Shown here: piece after piece, positions 53,801 to 64,000 of the stretch | Layout: each line of letters begins with the position of its first letter | Numbering within the stretch: the stretch's first letter is position 1 | Assembly: GCA_043228905.1 (NCBI GenBank) | Contig: JBHGNT010000001.1 | Coordinates: 6,014,001-6,078,000, forward strand | DNA: 64,000 nt | Direction of reading: 5' to 3' | Source of the DNA: Azolla caroliniana | Taxonomy: Eukaryota > Plantae > Polypodiophyta | The notes under the pieces: generated by a model | What the model was told of the DNA's origin: nothing | The model's database searches: none | What the model saw: only the letters and a program-made list of their open reading frames with translations | Made by a program: the position numbers and the translations under genes

Positions 53801-56694
53801 CCCAGAAGTGCTTGGAATGTATACTTACATCAATCCAAGAACATTTGATCCTTACCACAAATACCATCATTGACTCTGGATGAAAAAATTGATAAAGGTT
53901 TGTGCCCTTTGTTTTCACAATAGAATTTCCCATTACCACATGCTGATGTTCCTGCCAAGGATATCCAAAACAGATTAAGGGAAAAAATATTCAAAATTTT
54001 CCTGCTCCAATGCAAGTGATAGAAAGCAATGCCATGCTATTTTTCAAGCTTCAGGTGTAGGTTTTCATCCTTGTAAAGTATAAATGACGATCAAGCGTTA
54101 TTGCACAGACACGACATGACGAGTCCGAGGGATTATGGCAGACCATGGCACAACTTTAGCGATGACACATTCAAATGTGGTCCAAAACACTATACTTCCA
54201 TTAATACTCATATTCAAGTTTCATCCCACCACATCGTCCAAGGGTTCAGGTGACATGCCAACATTTCAAGTTGCCAAGCACTGATCCTTTGCCTCGAAGC
54301 TCCATGTGCCAAAGAACTTCTCATAAAACCAAGGAGTAGAAATGAAGTCAGGCAGAAGGGGAAATCTAGGCCATCCATCACTCACAGGCAGAGTTGCCTC
54401 CTTTTTAAGCCCCAATAATTTGAAGAACTCTCATCCTTGAAATCCAGTCCGGGTCCTTCAGAGTCATGTCTGGAAATAACAGGCAGAGAGAGACAGAGTT
54501 ATGCTGCCTCCTTGGTTAAATATTTGGAGAAGTCTATTGGACATAACAATAAGTGAGTCCACTTTTCACTTCCCAAGCTATAGTTGTATGTACGGCTGTC
54601 TCATGCACTCCCTGGAACACAAGCATACCCATTGATTTATAGCATAATCCCTTATGATCATGAGCACATGTCCCTAAATTTGAGCCTATCTAGAAGGCTG
54701 CACCTGTATTTGTAGACGTTCAGTTTCTAGCCAAAGGTCACGCTTCCAATTCCAGTTACTTAAAGGTTTGTGTCCAGTTCTGACTTGCAAGTGGGAGCCC
54801 ATAATCACAATACACATCATCTCCATTGAGCCTATACAAAGGCTTGATATTCAAATACACATCATTCATGTGATTGCTGTACCATTACTTCAAGGTTTGG
54901 TCCAGTTCTGAATTACAAGTAGTGAGCCAATATCACAATACACATAATCTCCATTAAGCCTATACAAAGGCTTGATCTTCAAAAACACAACATTAGTGTG
55001 CTTGCTAACATGAAAAAAATGGCAATGCTTCCACGGTGACCCGGTGAAATGATAATCCCTTTCACGCGTCGTCCTGTAGGGCAAGGATTTTCCTGTGCCT
55101 CTTAAGACTCATTGATTCCTTGTACCCGACTTAAGTTTGGTTACTGAGGTCGGAACTCAGGCTCCTAGTGTTGGGGTAAAAGCCCTAGGTGCCAACCTAC
55201 TCTGCAATAAGGGTAGTAACCTGGTCAACTTTCAACTCACATTTTATGATAATAGGGATCTTTGCCTCGCCAAGGTATTACCCTGCTTGGCATCTTTGCA
55301 AATGCCTCTATTAATACTGTAATCAAGGGTTCAAGTGATTTGACAAGGTTGGATTTGATTTATGGAATGTTAAAGTGGAAAGCACACTATTTGGAAGGAT
55401 CAAACTGAATTAACAAGGAGGATTCTTAGCCACAAGGGCTACCTGACTTGAGGAGGGAGAGTGGCAGAGGTAAAGTGAAAAATACCTCAACAAAGGTCTG
55501 GAAGCAAAAGCAAGGGGAAACATGTGACTTGTTTTCACTGTGGTCGGAAAAGAGGCATAAGAACCCTGAGGATTCAACAGGCAAGAGTTGGAGAGGAGGA
55601 AGAAGAACCAAAGAGATAAGTTCAAGAAGAACGAATAAGAGTAATCGTCATTACATCAGGTAGCTTGCATACAGTAATGCTTCCATAACATTTTAAATAT
55701 ATTTCAAATTAGAAAGCCGTAATATTAACAGTCAAGGATTACATTTATATATTCCATTGAGAGAAACATGCTTATATCACATATTTCAATTTACAAGGTG
55801 TAATACCTTGAAGATAAAATCTAGAAGCTACCAAAAAAATGGTAAAAGTAACTATAGCATTGTGTGCAGAAAACGTGCATTTCAAATTAATATAAGACTT
55901 CACAAATTCAAGATTAGAATCACAGTACTAACCAATTATAATTACTTACCAGGCTCATCAGTACCATCAACACAATCACAGAAATCATCATTCAGTTGTT
56001 CATGAGAAAAACTTCTAGATCCATCTCTACACAAGATAGTCAGTGTCTTATAATAATCCTTATCTGCAAAGAATACACAACCAAAATTCATCAGAAAAGA
56101 AAAACAAAAAATTAAAAAAGGCGTTTTTAAAACACTAAAAAAGCAAAACAACCAATCTCAAAGATGTATACAGAATCCATAAAAGGGACCGCTAAAATGT
56201 ATTTTACCAAAAAATACATTACGTAAATTTTATCAAACCTAAAAACCTCCAAAATAGCTAGAATGTAATGATTTTCCCTGTATTCAAAGCGATGATGAGG
56301 ATTTGATGATAAACATACCTTAATCCATCTCTAAAACTCAAAATAAACATAGAAGTTAAAATATAATCTACTTTGTATAACCCTAACAAAAAGAAAGCCC
56401 CTTCTCACAAGCTAAAAATGCATTGATTTCTCTATATGCAAATGAAGAGGATTGATGTGAAAACATACATTGTGCCATCTCCGAAACTCATCATAAAAAA
56501 GAACCCACTTTCACAGACATGGGAGAGAGAGCGTAACTAAAATGTATACATTTGCGTACACTCATTCGAAAGGATGAGGATTGAAGTGAGAACGTACCTT
56601 GGGGAGAGATACCTCTGAGGTTAACCGGTGATGCCAGTGCAATAGGAGTGAGAGAAACAAGGAAGAATACAAGTCGAAGATGGAGAGCATCCAT
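48902..56694 (-). CDS. PSL4: Glucosidase II beta subunit (PRKCSH/PSL4-like), about 14 exons
   Basis: Signal peptide, [16 protein letters not shown]|[22 protein letters not shown]|DCCDGSDEY, acidic/coiled region, [20 protein letters not shown] domain ([19 protein letters not shown]). Last exon ends IAHDEL* at 48902. Confidence 0.95.
49780..50040 (+). mobile_element. LINE 3' remnant in a glucosidase II beta intron
   Basis: Translates [23 protein letters not shown], a C-terminal LINE zinc-knuckle motif. Confidence 0.6.
54060..55320 (-). mobile_element. Probable highly decayed gypsy fragment in a 2-kb intron
   Basis: More GC-rich block with weak integrase-like (CHGLP) remnants and an internal duplication of about 130 bp (54765-55000). 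No intact frame. Confidence 0.3.
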
Positions 56695-57924
56695 AGCAAT
56701 GTTGACGCAGAGATCGGAGAAAGATCACCTTGTCTCACTCTCTATCTCGGTAGAACAGAGTGTAGAATCAACTTCTCATAAATAAACTCTGTCTGTATGT
56801 CTCTCTCTGCCTCTCTCTTAACTCAACCGTGGTTAAACTATAACCCACCATAAATAAAACACACACAATCTGTCTCTCCCTCTTTTAACTTAACCATGGT
56901 TAAACTTTGACCCACAAGTCTGTCTCTTTTCTTTGGTGGGGGTGGGGGGGGGTTCTAAGAATTTAAACTTTTTTGTAAAATACCTCACATTTTTCCGAAA
57001 TTACGAGAATGCCCCAGCACAGGACATTCATCGACAACTTCTCTGGCTATTCACTTCTTTATCATAGTGCCCATTGGTTTCTTAGAAATTACTCAAATAC
57101 CCTTCCAATTCATTGTCCGGCAATGGGGTTTTTTATCCTTTGTGGTATAATGGTATTATTCACTTCTCTTATTGCTGTGCTCATCAGTTTCTTAGAAATT
57201 ACTATAATGCCCCCCTCCAAGTCATTGTCTGACAATGTGGTTCTTTGCCATCTTGGGTATTATTCACTTTACCTCGTTTATCAAAATAAGACACTTAGTC
57301 ACCACAATTTCGTATTTTGCTGAACCCCTTGCTCAATTCCACTGTTATACAACTCTATCCATTCCCTTTTTTCTTATGAGGAATCTGAATCCATTTCCTT
57401 TTGATTTGGTTTTGTAGACCAGGGGCATCTCAGGAGTTAATGAAAACAGAGGGGCAGTTCTATAGGGAAATAAAGAAAAATTCAGAAAAGTATTTTTCTA
57501 GTTTCCCCCTAGCAACAAGAGTTTGTGACGAAGAATACATATATGATATGATGAAGGAATCTATGGAATTCGTAAAGAAACGGATGATGAAGGAATCTAT
57601 GGAGAAAGGAACGGAAGTTTTGGAAAGAATATGATGAAGGAATCTATGGAATTTGTGAAGAAGCAGATGACAGAAAAAGTAAGAAGTAAAAAGTTTTGAA
57701 ATTTGTCCTCTTTATCATCGATTGGAAGAACTGAATACTATCACAACTTTATACATAATCAATGGTATATCTCTATACATTTTCTCCTCTGTTGATGCAA
57801 TACAAGCGATACACATTGCGAGAGTCAAGCATAAGGTATGTCGTTTTAAACTCGCCATTTCCCAACACTATTGCATTGTCTCTCAGACTATTTGGTTTCG
57901 GAGAGATTCTATCTCCACAACAAG

Positions 57925-59523
57925 ATGATATCTCAAGAAACCATACAATGTCTTGTGAAAGAATGTGAAAAGAACAAAGATCTCAAGGATGGAAGGAAGA
58001 TAGTTAATCTTATCGCTAGCCATGGACTTGATTTGATTACAGATTTGCATGATTATCTAATCCGTATGTTTACATCTTGTGGTAGTTTGAAAGATGCAAA
58101 TTTAATATTCAGAAAGGTTGAAAAGCCGACCTTGTATACATGGAATTCGATTATGTCAGCTCATGCTTTGCTTGGTGATGGAAAAGGAACAATTGCTTTG
58201 TTCTATGAACTTCAAGAAGAAGGATTCAAACCATCAAAGTTCATTTTCCTTAGTGTCTTGAAATCAATCGCAAAGCTGAAAAGCTTACCTGAAGGTAGAG
58301 ATGCACATTCACGACTCATTAAAAGAGGTTTTGAGAATGATATCGTTATCGGAAGCTCACTCATTGATATGTACGGAAAATGTGGCAGTATCTCGGAGGC
58401 ACATAGAGTATTTGCAACTCTACCAAATAAAAATGTTGTATCATGGAATGCAATGATTGCAGGGTATGTACAACAGAAACAAAAAGCTAATGCTTTTGGT
58501 CTTTTTATGAAGTTGCAAAGAGAAGGCATCCAACCTACCAAGTTTACTCTTTCATGCATATTGAAAGCATGCGATAACATTGAACAATGTGTGAAAATCC
58601 ATGATCAAGTTATAGTGAGTGCACTGGGATCTGACATTGTTGTTGGGACTGCACTTATTGATACATATGCAAAATGTGGTGGATTGGATCATGCACACAA
58701 AGCATTTGATAGATTAGTAGAGCCTGATTTAGCTTCTTGGAATGCTATTATTTCTGGGTATGCCCAACATGGACATGGATTACCAGCGCTCAAAATGTTT
58801 GAAAAGATGCTTGATAAAGTGAAACCTGATAAGATGACCTTTTCGTCTGTTCTAAAAGCTATTGGGAACATTGGAGCCATTAAGAATGGAAGACTTATAT
58901 ACCATCAAGCTATTGTGAATTGTCTTGAAGGGGACTTGATTTTGAGCAATGCATTGATTGATATGTATGCAAAATGTGGAAGTTTGAGAGAGGCGCACAA
59001 GGTGCTCAATATTTCATCAGTTAGGGATATTGTATCATGGAATATTCTGATATCGACCTATGCACAGCATGGAAATTCCAAATCAGTGCAACATTGTCTT
59101 TGGGAGATGACAAGAGAAGGTTTGAAACCAGATGAGAGAACTTTTCTCAGTGTTCTTGCTTCATGTAGCCATGCTGGGCACGTGGATGAAGGAAAGGATT
59201 TTTTTGTATCAATGGTAGAAGAGTTTGGTATTATATATGGTGAGGAGCATCTAAATTGTATGATTGATCTTCTTGGTCGTGCTGGGCACCTAAAAGAAGC
59301 AGAAGTATTCCGTGCATCTATGCCCACAAGTGCAACTAATTCCCATGGATGGACATCTTTACTTTCTGCGTGTGATAAATATAGCAACATGGAGGGAGGA
59401 AAACTATCGTTTGAGAAAGCATCATTGATGAACCCGAGCTGTGGTTCTGGATATGTTCTACTATCAAACCTTTGTGCAGGGGCTCAATATGTGCTAAAAT
59501 GCAATCAAAATACAAGAGCTTAG
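57925..59523 (+). CDS. PLS-class pentatricopeptide repeat protein ending in a partial E domain (no DYW)
   Basis: Repeated LIDMYGKCG / VVSWNAMIAGY / PTKFTLSCILKAC motifs, then HLNCMIDLLGRAGHL, WTSLLSAC and GYVLLSNL. First in-frame ATG is 57925 (stop at 57847), so an upstream exon is possible. Confidence 0.9.
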   Translation: MISQETIQCLVKECEKNKDLKDGRKIVNLIASHGLDLITDLHDYLIRMFTSCGSLKDANLIFRKVEKPTLYTWNSIMSAHALLGDGKGTIALFYELQEEGFKPSKFIFLSVLKSIAKLKSLPEGRDAHSRLIKRGFENDIVIGSSLIDMYGKCGSISEAHRVFATLPNKNVVSWNAMIAGYVQQKQKANAFGLFMKLQREGIQPTKFTLSCILKACDNIEQCVKIHDQVIVSALGSDIVVGTALIDTYAKCGGLDHAHKAFDRLVEPDLASWNAIISGYAQHGHGLPALKMFEKMLDKVKPDKMTFSSVLKAIGNIGAIKNGRLIYHQAIVNCLEGDLILSNALIDMYAKCGSLREAHKVLNISSVRDIVSWNILISTYAQHGNSKSVQHCLWEMTREGLKPDERTFLSVLASCSHAGHVDEGKDFFVSMVEEFGIIYGEEHLNCMIDLLGRAGHLKEAEVFRASMPTSATNSHGWTSLLSACDKYSNMEGGKLSFEKASLMNPSCGSGYVLLSNLCAGAQYVLKCNQNTRA

Positions 59524-60683
59524 GAATTCTGTTAGTGCACAGAAAGAATGTTAGGTGAATCTGGATAGAAACAGGGACATAAAGGCATGAATTTAGTCGA
59601 GACCATGTCGATATGGATCTAATAAATGTAAAACATGAATGCACTCACTAATGAAAGAAGAGGGTTGTGTGCCCGATTTGAACTTGGTTCGAAAAATTGG
59701 ATTAAACGGTTGAGCTTTACTTGGATAGATGCACATATGGAAGATCAAAATTATGAAGATATTACTCCTATGGTTGAAAGGACTTTGATTCTGCTAGATT
59801 TTAGGAACAATGGCCTTGAAACCCTATGTGAGCTCTATTGCAGCATTTGTGGGGCAACTTTGGTAAAGGGGGTATTATGAAGACATGCTCATTATCAGGC
59901 TCTGGATAAAAAAGAACAAGAAAGAGCTAAGTGGCTAAATTTGGGATATAAGCAAGGTACAAAATACTCACTTATTTGCAAATAGCAGAATGTCAATTTG
60001 GTTATATTTCATCTTACTTCTGCTAACAGAATTGCAGATACCCCGCAAAATGCTTCTCCTATTTATTCTTTGTTGCAACTGTTGCTGCTCATTGCGATTA
60101 TACCATACATCAGAGTTACAGGTATATTCATATGTAAAATAGGGTTTTTATTTATTTAATCAAGGAATTCTTTCTTCAGATATTGGAAATGATTTGTACT
60201 AAAGGTTTTTTGTACTGTAGTTTATAAATTGAGGTACATTATAGGGTGAAACTTAATCAAATTGAATTGTAAGAATGAACATTGTACTAATAAGGTAGGT
60301 AAAGCAATCAGCTGAGGCTGAAATTGAATAGGATAATACTTCAGAATGCTGAAGCATCCCATAAATGATGGTGTAATGGTAAAAGAATCAAGTTATGTTA
60401 TTAGATCATGCGTTCAGTTGATTAGATCCACCAAAGCCCTCATCAATACCCGGCTACAACACTCCATGGGTTTTCAACATATGGACATTCATTTCAGAGG
60501 ATTGACATGTGAACATACAGAAATCACAGTATAATGAGTAAAAACTCCACCTTCCATGTCATATATGAAATGAACCCCATAGATTGATTCAGCTCATTTT
60601 TATAATGACATTCTTGAGTGGTTGATGGGTTTATTTGAACCTTTGATGTAAACATGAAGTAATTCATCACCAATTTAGGCAGG

Positions 60684-60877
60684 CATCATTTCAAATTAAG
60701 AAATGAATTGACGAGAATCTTCAATGTTGCTATTGCTCTCTATAGAACACTATCTACTTTTGCAACATAACAAAAAAAGTAATCATTTCAAATTAAGAAA
60801 TGAATTGACGAGAATCTTCAATGTTGCTATTGCTCTCTATAGAACACTATCTACTTTTGCAACATAACAAAAAAAGT
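60684..60877. repeat. Exact tandem duplication, about 98 bp x 2
   Basis: ATCATTTCAAATTAAGAAATGAATTGACG...CAACATAACAAAAAAAGTA is repeated. Confidence 0.85.
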
Positions 60878-61199
60878 ATTGATGGATAGAGTTTTTGAAA
60901 GAGATATTTCTCGAGAGAGTGTTTGATATAAAGGCCCAAAAATTCTTCATTTGTACAGTTGTCTAAAGGTCCGTTCATATTATATTTTTCTTGAGAGGTT
61001 CTAGAACACATTTGGGTCACTTGGTTGGTGTGAATTGGCTCAAGTGCCCTAAAATTACGTTTAACGCCCCTCAAAATAGATTATTAGGAAGCTCTAAAAA
61101 CCTATGCACTTGGGTGAATTGGTTTGGGTCACTTGATTGGCTCAAGTGCCTTATAATTAGGTTTTCTGCCCCTCAAAATAGATAATTAGGGAGCACATC

Positions 61200-62230
61200 T
61201 CCTCCCTCTTTTGGCTTCAAGAGGAACCACAAAAATCTTCAACATCTGCTGTGAATCATTAACAGCCCTATTTTTGACATTATTCCCCATGATCTCCAAA
61301 TGCATATAATGGCTCTCCATCATCTTCTGATACCACTACCATGGCCTCGTCATGATTTTGAGCCCTCTGTGATTCCTCATTAGGCACATGATCATTGCCA
61401 ATGGCTGTCTGACTGTGCTGAAATCTAGGTTTTTATGATGTTTCATAGAGGCACAGCAAGGTTCGAGCAACTTAGTCTCATTAAATACGACATCCCCGCT
61501 GCATATAACCTCCTTAAGCTGAGGTAGCCATATCCTATAGCCCATTTCACCTTCATCATACCCAAGGAAGATGCCCTGAATGAACTTGCAACAAGTTTAT
61601 TCCAAAGCTCATGTCTAGATATTTGTAGATACTCATATGATGCTGGCTTTTCAGACCAAACCTCTTCAGGGATGCCAGCTTTCAACGTTGTGTGGGGAGA
61701 TCTATTGAATGTATATATTGTTGTTTTAATAGCCACTTCCCAAAATGCAACCCCATTGTCGGTACATACGCATTTTGGATTTCTATTTGTTTGGATTGTC
61801 ACAAAAGCATGAAAAGACTTGAATGCAGGAAATGCTTCATCTTTTCTTTTCAGCAAATAAATCCAAATTCTCCTTGAACAATCCTCCACAAAAGAAATAA
61901 AAGACACAGCATCCCCCATAGATTTAGTAGGCATGCTACAAATATCATTATCTCCTTTGTACAGTGTGTACTGTGTCTGCAATCACTATGGCATGTTTGC
62001 AATGTGCTATGCGTATTCTGTTTGTAGTCATCATTTGATCATGCTGTTAATGCTGCCTTGTTTTAACCTTTGCAGTGACCTGATGGAAAATGTTTACCAA
62101 CTCTGGAAATTAGTACTGCCTTGGTTTATCATCTGTTGCCCTGCACTTTTTATGCATATTGAGACTTGCCCAATGCATTTGATTTATGACATGGAAAGGG
62201 CATGTATAATAGTTCATTTAAAAGATTTTA
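61200..62230 (-). mobile_element. Decayed Ty1/copia integrase fragment with an internal deletion
   Basis: FISFVEDCSRRIWIYLLKRKDEAF...KCVCTDNG joined directly to FWEVAIKTTIYTFNRSP, then GYRIW...VICSGDVVFNE. A duplication of about 180 bp lies at 62115-62420. Confidence 0.8.
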
Positions 62231-62737
62231 TGTTCTGAATTGCTATTACAATTGTGGAAAAGGTGCATCAGTTTATCATCTGTTTCTAAATACCATAAGT
62301 CATTCCCTCCACTTCTTATGCATATTGAGACTTGCCCAATGCATTTGATTTATGACATGGAAAAGGAATGTATAATGGTTCATTTAAAAGATTTTATGTT
62401 CTGATTTATGCTAATGGAAAAGGTGTGTATAATGACCCTTTTAGAGCATTCCTATGCAGATGTACTCATATTAATTTTGTTAACTTGCACATGATACATT
62501 CATTTCCCATTTGATCCATTGGCTGTATTTCAATGCTGATTGTGTGCAACATGATCTTCTTACAACTATAAATGTGTGGATATACAGATGCAATGTGAGT
62601 TGAACTATTAATCTGTTTATCATGCACAAACAGTAAAAGTATTTGATAAAAGCACATGCATACATTCAAAGTGGTCATTATCTCATTGAAGTTTGATCAA
62701 TTAAATGAAGTGAGCATAACGAGAGACTGAAAGTTAC

Positions 62738-62791
62738 GTCGATTTGAACCTTAATGAGAGTGCACATCATCTAATTTTAACCACTACACCA
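62738..62791 (-). repeat. tRNA-derived SINE-like head
   Basis: Minus strand reads GGTGTAGTGGTT (A box) ... GGTTCAAATCG (B box). Confidence 0.45.
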
Positions 62792-63704
62792 AAATCATGT
62801 CCTTGTGAATGGTAAGAATTGGCACTTCTTGTACTAATCAAAAAGATTTTACACTTGTTGGGTCTAGTTACTACTTCACTTACCATGACTCTCAAGGGTA
62901 TTGTCTTGTCTTCACCCTTACAAAGAGATTCAGAGAAACTTAATCACTTAATTAGCATACTTGGGATACAATGCTCATTTTTTGTGCTTAAGTATATTTC
63001 AAGAGAGTCTGCTAGATATATAACTATCATCATCACATATTCTCGTTGTCGGTGTTGTAAAGTTCTCAACTTTTTCTAATTTCAAGTTTTGTTGGGATTT
63101 GAATCTCAATTTCCCTTCCCCATCCCATGGGTAATGATGTGGCTCAACATAACAATGCAAATGGCTTTAGAAACTATGAATGCAAAGAATTTGTGGTTGG
63201 CAATTTCTAAGTGAGGTGTAGAAGAATCTAGCTATGCTCCCCTAAAAAATTGGTAGTTCACAATTCATCGTTGAACACAATAGCCCACTAACAAAACATG
63301 GTTGAACACAATTCATGATGGGGTTGCTATCCAATGTACGATACATGTGTACATCATACATATCAAGATAATTCACATGTCAATTCACCACTAACTAAGC
63401 TCTATCGTCAATTATCTTATGTTTTGATTTTTTTCTATCAAATAACCAATATTGTTATATTTAAGCCATCAATTCCAAACTAGGGCCATAAGTGTAGGCA
63501 GAGTACATAATAATTGCTAAATATGATTATATGCATGAAGTATATGTAACTTGACACTTATAATTTTGAATGCTATCATCCTCCTTTACAGCAATAAAAT
63601 AGTATTTTGTATAGTTACCACAAGAAGCTTCACCATATAATTCATTTATTTCAAATTACAGAACTCATGTCATTTCAAATTTACTAGATGCCACTGTGGA
63701 ATGT

Positions 63705-63985
63705 GGGGGCCCGAGGGTTGAATGCATGACCTTTTGGCCTTCGTCAAACAACTGTACTAACTAATAGATATCTATCTAAGTTCTTTATTTTATCATTTTT
63801 TAAAACTAGTTTACCCTAGTGGTAAGTTGATATGACTACTAATCTTAGGCCTCAGGTTCAAGGCTTGACTATCAACCCTCTATTACATCATGCATATTTT
63901 TCATAATTTACTAGGTCCCTCTAGAATGCTTGACCTTTTGGTCTCCAAATTATCAATGTTAATTCATCTAAATGGTAAATACTTT
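63705..63985. repeat. Cluster of degenerate tRNA-like units in alternating orientation
   Basis: Plus-strand CCCTAGTGGTAAG...CAGGTTCAAG at 63814-63862, flanked by two related GAATGC.TGACCTTTTGG units that read as heads on the minus strand. Confidence 0.4.
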
Positions 63986-64000
63986 ATTTTATTTCCAAAA

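Overview
Eukaryotic land-plant genomic DNA. A non-seed plant, probably a fern, is inferred from the gene and TE repertoire but not proven. Positions 1-11010 are a three-layer Ty3/gypsy nest. A minus-strand element (5' LTR 10588-11010, Arg-tRNA-type PBS) has its integrase region interrupted by a 474-bp solo LTR with a perfect CCGGC TSD and by a GC-rich plus-strand element (3' LTR 4461-5177). The rest holds six host genes: an IRKI/GIL1-like ORF, WDR48/LRS1, an At2g36145-like plastid protein, a group IIe WRKY, glucosidase II beta and a PLS-class PPR. It also holds a 5'-truncated L1/Tx1-like LINE, a 3x324-bp tandem repeat and decayed LINE, gypsy and copia fragments. Three observations stand out. 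(1) A complete-looking -1 ribosomal frameshift cassette (G_GAT_TTT_TAG, 6-nt spacer, H-type pseudoknot) lies between gag-protease and RT-RH-IN. (2) The solo LTR carries a dense heat-shock-element array beside its TATA box plus a tRNA-like module. (3) A family of tRNA-like A/B-box units forms an array that the LINE appears to have split at an A box.
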